Positions 32,405 to 42,293 of a stretch of 64,000 bases of DNA are shown in pieces (position 1 is the first letter of the stretch; each line of letters begins with the position of its first letter). A model generated the notes under the pieces. That model ran no database searches. It was not told the DNA's origin and was given only the letters and a program-made list of their open reading frames with translations. This DNA comes from Candidatus Spongiisociaceae bacterium (GTDB lineage: Bacteria; Actinomycetota; Acidimicrobiia; Spongiisociales; Spongiisociaceae), in contig OZ253564.1 of the NCBI GenBank assembly GCA_965262915.1, forward strand, positions 4,448,001 to 4,512,000, in the 5' to 3' direction. The position numbers and the translations under genes were made by a program.

Positions 32405-33565
32405 TTAGTAGGCGATGTATTCAGCCCAGGCTTCCATGAGTTCACGGCGGCGGGCTAAGTAGTCGGTTCGGGAGTAGCTAAGTTCGACTGGCCCGCCGGT
32501 CCGATGTCCGAGCACGGATTCACAAACCTCCCGCGGATAACCCTGGTCAGCCGCCCACGTGCGCAGACTGCTTCGCAATCCGTGAACGGTTCCCGGTATA
32601 GCCAGGTCACGGAACACCCGCGCCGGGGTACCGGCGCCGACCGGACGGTCCCCTGACCGCCCGGGGAAGATCAACCCATCCGGCCCTGAATACGTCCGCG
32701 CTTCGGCCAACACTTCAACCGCTCGGCTCGACAACGCGACCCTGTGCGGATCGCCGGTCTTTGTCTTGTCTCCCGGAATCGACCACACTGCGGCGGCCCT
32801 GTCGATCTCGAACCATTCGGCCATTCTTGTCTCAACAGTCCGAACGCCGGTGAGCGCCAGAAACTCGATCAGCAGCCGGACGGACAGAGACACGTCGGCC
32901 CCACGGACACGCCGTAACGCGTCGGCCACCTGATCGGCCCGTAGCGCCCGGAAGTGTTCACGCTTTCGGTTCCCGCCTTTCGGTAGCGCCGCGACCAACG
33001 GAGGTCCTGCCGGGTCGTCGTTACGCCAGCCTTCTGCAACCGCCAACGTGAACACGGCCGACAGCCGTTGCTGCAGCACCCGGCCGACGGACGGTTTGCT
33101 ATGCCAGACCGGGCCGATGATCGCCAACAGATCGCTGGTGGTGATCTTGTCAACCGACTTGCCCATGATCGGCCGGGCGTGGTTGCGGAACGTGTTCCGC
33201 CATGTCACTTCGGTTCGGGATGCCCGCCATCCGTCCCTGCGTAGTTCTATCAGCCGTTCCGCGGCCGCCTCGAACGTCGGTATGCCGCCGCCGCGTGGGT
33301 CGCGTCCGGCGTCGAGTTCCCGCCGGTTGTTTAACGCCATCTTGCGTGCTTGGGCCAGCGTGACCCGCGGGAACGAACCCAGCCCGATCGACGTTGGCCG
33401 CCCGTCGATGACGACCCGTTGCGACCAGGTTCGGGATACCCGACCGTTCGACATCGGTTTGACCAGTAACGAGAGGCCGAAGCCCCCTCTGCCGTCACCG
33501 TACCGACCCGGCCGGGTCACTGTCCGAACGAACGCAGCCGTTAACGGCTTGCCCTTGCGTCTCAC
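32405..33565 (-). CDS. int: P4-like tyrosine integrase
   Basis: Arm-binding N-terminus (PGRYGDG.GLSLLV, SIGLGSFPRVTLAQAR); TGVR, K, HGLRSS, LGH, Y. Confidence 0.95.
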   Translation of the reverse strand: MRRKGKPLTAAFVRTVTRPGRYGDGRGGFGLSLLVKPMSNGRVSRTWSQRVVIDGRPTSIGLGSFPRVTLAQARKMALNNRRELDAGRDPRGGGIPTFEAAAERLIELRRDGWRASRTEVTWRNTFRNHARPIMGKSVDKITTSDLLAIIGPVWHSKPSVGRVLQQRLSAVFTLAVAEGWRNDDPAGPPLVAALPKGGNRKREHFRALRADQVADALRRVRGADVSLSVRLLIEFLALTGVRTVETRMAEWFEIDRAAAVWSIPGDKTKTGDPHRVALSSRAVEVLAEARTYSGPDGLIFPGRSGDRPVGAGTPARVFRDLAIPGTVHGLRSSLRTWAADQGYPREVCESVLGHRTGGPVELSYSRTDYLARRRELMEAWAEYIAY

Positions 33566-33761
33566 CCATTCCCCTTACTTGTTCAGTTACTACATTATAG
33601 ATGATAACTGGGGGTACCTAACGAAACAACCTGAGACAAGCCCGGAAACGGAAACCGCTATCTACCAGGGCAGATGATCCATAACGAAACTTCCTGACAC
33701 TTCGCCGGTGAGTCCCACTCCATCTCGGTCATTCCCGGCGGGTGGGACAGGTCGCCGGAGC

Positions 33762-35030
33762 TCACCGTCCCGATCCTCCGACGGGAGCCGACCCTCCGTC
33801 GCCGGGCAGGGCGGCGGACAGATCGCTCTGCTCCCAGCGCACCACGAGGAGACCCGAGCGGGGTTTCGGTGTGAACCAGGTCGACTTGGGCGGCATCAGC
33901 CGACCCGCATCAGCGACGGCCATCATCTCTCCTATCGGAGCCGGGTACATGGCAAAGCCCACCGCGTCAGGATAAGCCGTCACGCGCCTCTCGAGGCGTG
34001 TGACGGCCCCGTCGCCCACCTCGTAGGAAAGCCGCGGGTCTTCGTAGGAGGACACGCTGAGCACCGGCCCCAGGATCATGTCATGAAGGAGACTCACATC
34101 AAGGCTTTCCACCGGATCGTCGGAGCGTGCGCCCCGGAAACTGAGACGGTACCAGACCCCGCCCAGTAACATCGACACCTCGCCCTTGGTCCGGGGTTGG
34201 GCGTCGGTGCCGCCTGCCGGACCGATCTCGGTCATCTCCCAATCCCTCGGCAGCGCCTGCCTGACATCGCCCGCATCGGGCGCCTCGCCAAGCCTGACGG
34301 AGCGGTTGTACTCGAGCGCCCTGAGGTGATCCGTGGGGAACAGGATGGCGAGGAACCATCCGGGGACCGCTTCCGCACGGCACGAGGCAGCTATGCGGTG
34401 ATGGCCGTCGGTGACGTACATGGTACCGATCCGGGCGGTGGCCTCTTCGATCTCGGCGATGCCGGCCGGGTCGGAGATCATCCAGAGTCTCTGGCGCACC
34501 CCATCCATACCCTCGAAGTCCCGGATCGGCGACCTCGACGCCAGGCGCTCCATGAGACTGCGCTGGCCTTCGTCCGCCCGGAATCCCAGCGCGACCGGGC
34601 TGGAGGCCAACCGCGCCATGTGGAAGAAAGCAGCCAGATCCTCCACCCGCTCCTCGATCGTTCCCTCGTGGCCGATGACCCGTCCCCCGGTGATGGCCGA
34701 AACAGGAATGCCGGCCACGATTCCCAACTGGCGATGGCGACCGGTGTCGAGTTCGTACAGGAAGAACGCCCGGGTGGGAAGGGCTTCGAACAACCCCCTA
34801 TCCAGCATCTGTGCGAAGTGATCGGCGGCCCGCTGCGCGATGATGGACCGATGGGGGACCGGTTCAGGAAAGTCAGCCGCCGACAGGGTGACGTTCACGA
34901 AGGAATCGGGCCGCTCGACCGCGTAGCGGTAGCGGCCTCCGCGAGGGATCGAATCGTATTGGGGAGCGACTATGTCGGCTACGCGTTCTGCCCGGGCGAC
35001 CAGCGCTCGGAGGGGGATGGCAGCGGTCAT
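33762..35030 (-). CDS. DUF1015 family protein
   Basis: APQYD, HEGT, DGHHR, MPPKSTWFTPKPRSGL. Confidence 0.9.
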   Translation of the reverse strand: MTAAIPLRALVARAERVADIVAPQYDSIPRGGRYRYAVERPDSFVNVTLSAADFPEPVPHRSIIAQRAADHFAQMLDRGLFEALPTRAFFLYELDTGRHRQLGIVAGIPVSAITGGRVIGHEGTIEERVEDLAAFFHMARLASSPVALGFRADEGQRSLMERLASRSPIRDFEGMDGVRQRLWMISDPAGIAEIEEATARIGTMYVTDGHHRIAASCRAEAVPGWFLAILFPTDHLRALEYNRSVRLGEAPDAGDVRQALPRDWEMTEIGPAGGTDAQPRTKGEVSMLLGGVWYRLSFRGARSDDPVESLDVSLLHDMILGPVLSVSSYEDPRLSYEVGDGAVTRLERRVTAYPDAVGFAMYPAPIGEMMAVADAGRLMPPKSTWFTPKPRSGLLVVRWEQSDLSAALPGDGGSAPVGGSGR

Positions 35031-35286
35031 CGGATAGGTACTCCGGTGGGTGGACTTGTGCTTGTCCCGCCCGGCTCGACGGGAGCCGCGCCAGCGGCCC
35101 GGACGTGACCCCGAGACTACCGTCCATGCTCGCAGTATCGGCGGGATACCGCCTCGGGCCCCGATCGCGGACCAACCGAGGAGAATTGGCGCGCCTGCCG
35201 TACATCGTGCTTGTTCGACATTCTCGGGGGACGCCGCCCCGGATCACCCATGATGTATGTCACACCCCCCTGATAACTTGAACAGC

Positions 35287-35430
35287 ATGATGAAACACGA
35301 CAGAGACGAACCAACCATCGAGGTCAATGCCTTCGCGGCGGCCGAGCGTGCCCTGCTCGAAGCAGGGATCGGGTTCACCGTGGTGGAAGGACCCACCCGC
35401 CAGACCGCCGAACCGTCCCTTGCCGCCTGA
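35287..35430 (+). CDS. Small 47-aa protein upstream of adnAB
   Basis: MMKHDRDEPTIEVNAFAAAERALLEAGIGFTVVEGPTRQTAEPSLAA; GC-rich third codon positions. Confidence 0.5.
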   Translation: MMKHDRDEPTIEVNAFAAAERALLEAGIGFTVVEGPTRQTAEPSLAA

Positions 35431-35505
35431 CCCGGAACGGGACCGAAACTCGGGACTCACGCCGGCGCCGGACGGGCACGGGCAGCGCAGCGCGGGGACG
35501 GTGGC

Positions 35506-38499
35506 GTGACCAAGTCGGCATGCGACTCGAAGCTCGACGAACGTCGCCTCGAACCGCCCGACTGGCCCGAAGCCATCTCCACAACGGAAGGACCCCAGCT
35601 GGTGGTGGCCGGTCCCGGCGCGGGCAAGACCGAGTTCCTGGTGCGCCGTGTGGCCCACCTGGTCGATGAATCCCGCGTACCGGGATCGGCCATCCTCGCC
35701 CTGACGTTCTCGAGACGTGCCGCCGCCGGTCTCGACAGACGTATCGGCGCGGCGACGCGCAGCCTCGCCGGCGGAGTGGGTGCTTCCACGTTCCACTCCT
35801 TCGCCTACCGGCTCCTGGAGTTGCACGCACCCGATGCGTTCGGCTGGAACGAGATGCCCGCCATCCTCACCGGTCCGGAACAGGTCGAGTTGGTCTCCGA
35901 ACTGCTTGCGGACGATCCGGTCGCGCCCTGGCCCACGGCCTTCAAGGACTTGCTCGCCACCAGGACCCTGGCCGAGGAGGTCACCGAGTTCATCCTGCGA
36001 GTCCGGGAACGCATGCTCGACTCGGGCGAGGTACGGCGCCGGTGCGCCGAGCGGGAAGACTGGCGAGCCCTTCCCCGGTTCGTCGCCCGCTACGACCGGG
36101 CGCTGCAGCACCTCAACCGCATCGACTACGGCACCCTGCTGAACAGGGCCGTCGAGGTCATGGAGGACCGGTCGGCGCGCGAGGAGATCGGCAGGCAGTA
36201 CAGGTACCTCCTGGTGGACGAGTACCAGGACACCACCCTGGCACAGGCCACGCTGCTGCGGGCTCTCACCGAACGCGACGGCAACCTCACGGCCGCCGCC
36301 GACCCGTACCAGTCGATATACGCGTTCCGGGGCGCCGAACTCTCCAACGTGACACGATTCGCCGAGGACTTCGGCCGACCCGGCGGTGACCGGGTGCGCA
36401 GGTGGGTGCTGGGTACCTCGTTCCGGGTCCCGGCCCGGATCCTCCGGGCCGCCGAACGCCTGACCGCAGGAGTCGAGCTGCCCGGAGTGGCCGGTCCGGT
36501 CGCTCCCGCTCCCCACCCGGGCCGGGTGGACCTCCACGTCTTCGACCAGGAGTCGGAGGAGTCGGAATGGATCGCCGCCGAAGCCGCCCGGCTCCACATC
36601 GAGCAGGAGGTTCCCTACCGCAGGATGGCGGTATTGGTACGTACCAAGCGCCGCCTCCTGAAAGAGCTTTCCCGCGCCCTGGAACGCCGTTCGATCCCCC
36701 ATGACCGTCCTGACATACGGCTGGTGGACCATCCCGCCGCCCGTATGATCTTCGACCTCGCCCGATCGGCTACCGCACCCGATCGTCACGCCGCCGCTCC
36801 CCCCCTGCGCCGGCTGCTGCTCGGGCCGCTGTTCGATCTCGGAATCGGTCGCCTGCGCCGGATCGAGCGCGGCCTCCTTTCCGCCGATACGACCTGGGCC
36901 GCGGTCATCGGACGGGAAGTGGAAGGGGGCCAGGCCCTGGGCCTGCTGCTCGAAGATCCCTCATGGACGCGCCGATCCGCCCTCGACGCCTTCTGGCACG
37001 TCTGGACCGGCCTTCCCCAGTTCGCTCCGCTGGTGACCGATCCCCGCCGGGGGGAGTTCCGGGCCGCGTGGGCCAGCCTCGCCCAGACCCTCGTCCGGGT
37101 AGCCGAGCGCAACCCGGCCACGACCCTGGTGGACTACATGAGGCTGGTCGAGTCCGACGACTTCGAGGCCAGCCCACTGCTCAGCCACCGGGACCCGGCC
37201 GAGGACCGGATGGTCCTTACCACCCTGCATCAGGCCAAGGGTCTCGAATTCGACGTCGTGTTCATCGCCGACGCCACCGAAGGGGTACTACCGGACCTCC
37301 GGCGGCACCAATCGCTGCTCCAGACCGAGCAACTCGATCCCGGCAGATCGCGGAACGGCAACGCCACGCGGCGCCGCATCCAGGAGGAGACCCGCTTGGT
37401 CTACACCGCGATGACCCGAGCCCGCCGCAGGGTCGTGGTGACTGCCACCAGCGCCGGGCCGGGCGAGGAACATCACCGTCCCAGCCGGTTCCTGGACGTG
37501 ATAGCGGGCGACGATCTGACCGTCGGCGTCGGCGATCGGAGAAAGGCACGGCCCCTCACCCCCAGGGAGGCAGAGACCTGGCTCCGTGCCATCCTCGCCG
37601 ATCCGGCCGAGCCCGGGCACCGCCGCCTGGGCGCGGCCCGGGTGCTGGCCATCAACATCCATCCCGGACTGCGGTCGCCACGAACGTACGCGGCGGTACG
37701 CCGCCTCGAGGCTGACACCGGCCTGCTGCCCGCGGGCCGGCGGCTCTCCCCGACCGACGCCGCTTCCTACGACACCTGCCCGAGGGAATTCGCGCTGATC
37801 CGCGTGCTGAAGGTGAGACCTCCCGGGGGCCCCCACCTCACATTCGGCAACCTGATCCACACCGTGCTCGAACGGGCCGAGATACAGGCGGCCGGCGAGG
37901 GCCGCACGTCCGGTCTCGATGAGGCCCTTGCCTACCTCGCCGAGGAGTTTCCCCATCATGACCTCGGCGCCGGCTCGATCCGGGAGGCATGGTGGCGGCG
38001 GGCCGTCCTGCTGCTGAGCCGCCTGTACGCCGGCTGGCCTCACCCCGAGGCCACCGCCGTGCTGCTGGAGCACGGTGTGGAGACGGAACTGGGGGGTTCG
38101 GTCTGGCGGGGACGTATCGACCGTATCGAGCAGGACCCCGACGGCACGCTTCGCATCGTCGACTACAAGACCGGCAAGACACCGCCGCCCATCCGGGAGG
38201 CGTCCGAGTCCCTACAACTCGGCTTCTACTCGTTGGCCGCCCGGGAGGACGACACCGTGGGAATCCACGGGCCGGTTCACCAAGCCGAGTTCTGGCACCC
38301 GCTGGCCACGTCTCCGCGGCGACGGGTCACATCGTTCGACCCGGCCCGACTCGAGGAAACCCGAGCCCGGTTGGTGGAGATCGCCGGGATGATCGCCCGT
38401 GAGGACTGGACTCCCAAGCCCGGGGACGCCTGCCGCCGGTGCGAGGTCAAGCCCGTCTGCCCGGCCTGGCCGGAGGGGCAGGAAGCCTACCGCCGATGA
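35506..38499 (+). CDS. adnA: UvrD-family helicase-nuclease, AdnA-like
   Basis: AGPGAGKT, VDEYQD, HQAKGLEF, GRIDR..IVDYKTG, Fe-S cysteines. Confidence 0.85.
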   Translation: MTKSACDSKLDERRLEPPDWPEAISTTEGPQLVVAGPGAGKTEFLVRRVAHLVDESRVPGSAILALTFSRRAAAGLDRRIGAATRSLAGGVGASTFHSFAYRLLELHAPDAFGWNEMPAILTGPEQVELVSELLADDPVAPWPTAFKDLLATRTLAEEVTEFILRVRERMLDSGEVRRRCAEREDWRALPRFVARYDRALQHLNRIDYGTLLNRAVEVMEDRSAREEIGRQYRYLLVDEYQDTTLAQATLLRALTERDGNLTAAADPYQSIYAFRGAELSNVTRFAEDFGRPGGDRVRRWVLGTSFRVPARILRAAERLTAGVELPGVAGPVAPAPHPGRVDLHVFDQESEESEWIAAEAARLHIEQEVPYRRMAVLVRTKRRLLKELSRALERRSIPHDRPDIRLVDHPAARMIFDLARSATAPDRHAAAPPLRRLLLGPLFDLGIGRLRRIERGLLSADTTWAAVIGREVEGGQALGLLLEDPSWTRRSALDAFWHVWTGLPQFAPLVTDPRRGEFRAAWASLAQTLVRVAERNPATTLVDYMRLVESDDFEASPLLSHRDPAEDRMVLTTLHQAKGLEFDVVFIADATEGVLPDLRRHQSLLQTEQLDPGRSRNGNATRRRIQEETRLVYTAMTRARRRVVVTATSAGPGEEHHRPSRFLDVIAGDDLTVGVGDRRKARPLTPREAETWLRAILADPAEPGHRRLGAARVLAINIHPGLRSPRTYAAVRRLEADTGLLPAGRRLSPTDAASYDTCPREFALIRVLKVRPPGGPHLTFGNLIHTVLERAEIQAAGEGRTSGLDEALAYLAEEFPHHDLGAGSIREAWWRRAVLLLSRLYAGWPHPEATAVLLEHGVETELGGSVWRGRIDRIEQDPDGTLRIVDYKTGKTPPPIREASESLQLGFYSLAAREDDTVGIHGPVHQAEFWHPLATSPRRRVTSFDPARLEETRARLVEIAGMIAREDWTPKPGDACRRCEVKPVCPAWPEGQEAYRR

Positions 38500-41400
38500 C
38501 CTTCGTCCCCTCTGCCGAGCAACGTGCTGTGATCGAGTACGGCTTGGAACCGCTGCGGGTAAGCGCCGGCGCGGGTACCGGCAAGACCTCCACGCTGGCG
38601 CATCGCATGGCCCGTCTGGTGGACCGCGGCGGCATCCTCCCGGAACAGGTCCTGGGCGTTACCTTCACCAACAAGGCCGCCGACGAGCTGGCGAGGCGGA
38701 TCCGCGAGGTCCGGGCAGGCGCCTCGGTGCCCGGCCATGAAGTGGACGTATTCACCTACCACGGCTTCGCCGCCCATCTCCTGCGGGCGTATGGGGTTCT
38801 GGTCGGGATGGAGCGCGACACCCGGATCATCACCCCTCCGCTCACCCGCCGGATCCTGCGCGAATGCGTGACCGCCACACCCTTCGAGGTGGTCGACACC
38901 ACCAACGTCCGCGGCGTCATCGACAGCCTGATCAAGCTCTCGGGCGAGCTGGCGGACAACCTGATCCACCCGGACGCGCTCCTCACCGGGACCCCGACCG
39001 ACGAGGTGGAGGCACGGAGGGCCGAGCTGGCCACCGCTCTGGTGGGATTCGAGGAGGCGAAGCGTCGGCTGGGTGTCTGTGACTACGGCGACCTGATGCG
39101 GCTGGCTGTCGACCTCGTCCGGGATCATCCCGTGGTGGCGGACCGGATCCGGGTCCGGTACAGGTGCGTGCTGCTCGACGAGTACCAGGACACCAACCCG
39201 GCCCAGCGGGAGCTCTTCGCGAGCCTCTTCGGGCGGGAAGTGCCGGTGACGGCCGTGGGCGACCTCGATCAGACCATCTACGAGTGGAGAGGCGCCAGCC
39301 CGGCCAACTTCGAGGGTTTCCCCGGCCGGTTCCGCCGCACGGACGGCTTGGCGGCCCGAACGCTGCGGCTGTCGTTCAACCGCCGCTCGGGACAGCGGAT
39401 CCTGGATCTGGCCAACCGTATCCGGACCCGGATCTCGGTGACCGATCCGGCCGGGGACCTGGTGGCCCTCGACGGTACCCCACCCGGCGAAGTACACGTC
39501 TCCTGGCACGACGACGCCCGGCGGGAAGCGGAGGAGATCGCCTACGAGACGCGGCGCCTGCACGAGGGAGGGGTTGCGTGGTCGGACATGGCGGTGCTGT
39601 TCCGTCGGAACCGGGACATCGAACCGGTCCGGCTCGCCTTGGAGGAGCACGACGTTCCACTCCAGGTCGCCGACCTCGGAGGGCTCCTCCAGGTTCCCGA
39701 GATAGTTGAGATCCACGCATGGTTGCGGCTCCTGGCCGATCCCGAGGACGGTCCGGCTCTGGTCCGTATCCTGGTGGGATCCCGGTTCAGGCTCGGCCTG
39801 TCGGACTTGGCGCCGCTGTCCAGATGGGTGGCGGAGCAGTCTCGCCGCACCGATGATCGATCCCTCGGGCACACCCTCGTCGAAGCCCTCGAACACCTCG
39901 ATGCCATCGGCGTGACGGGCGAGCGGCGGGAGTCCCTGGATGGGTTCCGGCAGCTCTACCGCACGCTGCTGGCCGAATCCCAGGGCACCAACCTCTCCGA
40001 CCTGGTCCGCCTGATCATGTCGAGAACCGGGGCCTGGCAGGAGATCGAGGCCATGCCCGCCCCTGCCGACCTCACAGCCCGGCTCAACGTGCATCGCTTC
40101 CTCGACTTCTCCGAGCATTGGAACCCGCTAGGAGGGTGGTCAAAATCCCCCCGCTGCCCGTCGGTTGATGACATAATCCCTGGTCAGCGGGCGACGGGCA
40201 CCAGCACCCGATCATTTTGCACCACCCTCCTCGAGGGAGGATCCTCGCTGGAAGCCTTCCTGGAGCAACTGGAGTCGATACGCGGCGATCCGGCCGAAGG
40301 GCTGGACACCGCCCGGATCGGCGGCGAGGACGCCGTGACCCTCATGACCGTCCACCGGGCCAAGGGGCTGGAGTGGCGAGCGGTGTTCCTCCCGGCGCTG
40401 TACCGTGGCAACTTCCCGGCCACCCCCCGCCAACTGCTCGATCCCGCCCGATGCGACTTCACCCTCCCGGCCCACCTGCGCATCGACACCGAGTTCAGGA
40501 CCCATCTCGATCCCTCCGCCGACCACAAGGAACGCCGGGAATGGCTCCGGTCCCGCCACTACGACCAGGAATGGCGCCTGGCCTACGTGGCCTCCACCCG
40601 CGCCAAGCAGTACCTGTACCTGAGCGGGGCCCACTGGTACGGGATCCCGCAACCCCACAAGAAGCCTTCCCGACCGAGCGACCTCATGGAGACCGCCCGC
40701 CGTCTCGACGGGGTGATGATCGACCGGTGGACCGCCCAACCGCCTCCCCGACCCGAGACGCTACGGTTCCCGGCTCTCCAACCGGGACCGGACCCGGTCC
40801 TCGGAGTGACCTGGGAGGAAGCCCTCCACAAGATTCTTGCGGATCCCGACTGGGCGGCCCACCGGGCCGGGCATCTGGGTGTCAGGGACCTCTACGATGA
40901 GTCCGTGGAGGAGTTCGAACAAACGCTTCTGGACCTCCCCGAGCCTGCTGAGTCCGAGCCCGCACCGAGCCGGACCACCGTGAGCGTTACGGGTCTGGTC
41001 ACCTATGCGGACTGCCCGAAGCGCTACTTCTGGTCGGAGGTCGACCGGCTTCCCCGTCGACCCGGCCCCGCAGCCCGGCGGGGCACCCAGTTACATCGGC
41101 GGATCGAACTCCACAACCGGGGCATGGTCCCTTTCGACGATCTCGAGGACGACCTCTACGACCGGTCGACCGACGAGGGCATCGTCGGAGCCAGGCGCCC
41201 CGGCAGCAGTTGGAGCGCCTTCCACGGATCGCGCTACGCGACCCTAACTCCCATCCATGTTGAGATCCCTTTCGAGCTCCGACTCTCCGATGACACGTGG
41301 ATACGGGGTCGGGTGGATGCGGTGTACCCGCACGGGGACCGCGGTTGGGAAATCGTCGACTTCAAGTCGGGACGCCGGTCCGATCGCGCTTCCCGCGACG

Positions 41401-41690
41401 TGCAGCTACAGGCCTACGCGGTGGCCGCCGACCACGAGAGCCTGGGCTCTCCCCGGCCCGAGTCGCTTCGAGTCTCGTTTGTGTACCTCGGCGACGGGTT
41501 GGAAGTCGTGGACCAGGAGGTCGACCAGACATGGCTGGCAGAGGCAAGAGAGCGCATCCTCCGGCTCGTCGAGGACATCCGCGCTGGGCGGTTCGAGCCC
41601 ACGCCTTCCACAGCATGCCGCACCTGCGACTTCCGCAACTTCTGCGAGGAAGGGAAGCAGTTCCTCTCGGCCGCGACCAGGGACCGGTAA
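38496..41690 (+). CDS. adnB: UvrD-family helicase-nuclease, AdnB-like
   Basis: AGAGTGKT, TFTNKAA, LDEYQD, HRAKGLEW, GRVD..IVDFKSG; ATGA overlap with adnA. Confidence 0.85.
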   Translation: MTFVPSAEQRAVIEYGLEPLRVSAGAGTGKTSTLAHRMARLVDRGGILPEQVLGVTFTNKAADELARRIREVRAGASVPGHEVDVFTYHGFAAHLLRAYGVLVGMERDTRIITPPLTRRILRECVTATPFEVVDTTNVRGVIDSLIKLSGELADNLIHPDALLTGTPTDEVEARRAELATALVGFEEAKRRLGVCDYGDLMRLAVDLVRDHPVVADRIRVRYRCVLLDEYQDTNPAQRELFASLFGREVPVTAVGDLDQTIYEWRGASPANFEGFPGRFRRTDGLAARTLRLSFNRRSGQRILDLANRIRTRISVTDPAGDLVALDGTPPGEVHVSWHDDARREAEEIAYETRRLHEGGVAWSDMAVLFRRNRDIEPVRLALEEHDVPLQVADLGGLLQVPEIVEIHAWLRLLADPEDGPALVRILVGSRFRLGLSDLAPLSRWVAEQSRRTDDRSLGHTLVEALEHLDAIGVTGERRESLDGFRQLYRTLLAESQGTNLSDLVRLIMSRTGAWQEIEAMPAPADLTARLNVHRFLDFSEHWNPLGGWSKSPRCPSVDDIIPGQRATGTSTRSFCTTLLEGGSSLEAFLEQLESIRGDPAEGLDTARIGGEDAVTLMTVHRAKGLEWRAVFLPALYRGNFPATPRQLLDPARCDFTLPAHLRIDTEFRTHLDPSADHKERREWLRSRHYDQEWRLAYVASTRAKQYLYLSGAHWYGIPQPHKKPSRPSDLMETARRLDGVMIDRWTAQPPPRPETLRFPALQPGPDPVLGVTWEEALHKILADPDWAAHRAGHLGVRDLYDESVEEFEQTLLDLPEPAESEPAPSRTTVSVTGLVTYADCPKRYFWSEVDRLPRRPGPAARRGTQLHRRIELHNRGMVPFDDLEDDLYDRSTDEGIVGARRPGSSWSAFHGSRYATLTPIHVEIPFELRLSDDTWIRGRVDAVYPHGDRGWEIVDFKSGRRSDRASRDVQLQAYAVAADHESLGSPRPESLRVSFVYLGDGLEVVDQEVDQTWLAEARERILRLVEDIRAGRFEPTPSTACRTCDFRNFCEEGKQFLSAATRDR
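40132..40229. mobile_element. MITE inserted in-frame in adnB
   Basis: TIRs GAGGGTGGTCAAAAT / ATTTTGCACCACCCTC; flanks CTAG and CTCG. Confidence 0.8.
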
Positions 41691-41768
41691 CCAGTGGTTA
41701 GTCGTGAATTACAAGTTATTAGATCTATTGTGATAGATTACTGACTACCGGCACCTGAGCCACCGGCT

Positions 41769-42224
41769 TCAGACGATCCGTCCGTCGACGGTCTCGACCA
41801 TGAGGGTGAACGGGCCGTTGTTGCGCAGATCGACCTCCATCATGGCCCCGAACCGGCCGCAGGCGACCTCGACTCCTTGCGAGGCGACGGCTCCGGCGAA
41901 GCAGTCGACCAGACGCTCGGCGTGATCGGCGCGGGCCGCCTCCGTGAAGCTGGGCCGGCGCCCTCGGCGCACATCGGCGAAGAGCGTGAACTGGCTCACC
42001 ACCAGCATCGCGCCGCCCACGTCCCGCACCGACAGGTTGAACCTGCCCTGGCGGTCGGGGAATATCCTCAGCCCGACCAGCTTGGCCGCCAAGGCCTTCG
42101 CGTCTGCGCTCGTGTCGGCCCGGCCCACACCCACCAGTGCCAGGAGGCCTATGCCCACGCGGCCGACCACCTCCCCCTCGACCGACACCGAAGCATGGTC
42201 CACGCGTTGGATGAGTGCCCGCAT
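41769..42224 (-). CDS. dtd: D-aminoacyl-tRNA deacylase
   Basis: MRALIQRV, VSQFTL, GRRPSF, FGAMM, NNGPFT. Confidence 0.96.
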   Translation of the reverse strand: MRALIQRVDHASVSVEGEVVGRVGIGLLALVGVGRADTSADAKALAAKLVGLRIFPDRQGRFNLSVRDVGGAMLVVSQFTLFADVRRGRRPSFTEAARADHAERLVDCFAGAVASQGVEVACGRFGAMMEVDLRNNGPFTLMVETVDGRIV

Positions 42225-42293
42225 ACGACGAATCTAGTGGTCTGTCGATCTCCCCGGGACGCCGGACCGACCACCCGCGGTGCAGAGGCCGAG

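Noticed and set aside
33700-33760. tRNA or guaA 3' end as the integration site
   Set aside because: No T-loop or CCA; the SHPPGMTEMEWD similarity to guaA ends is short and no guaA gene is present.
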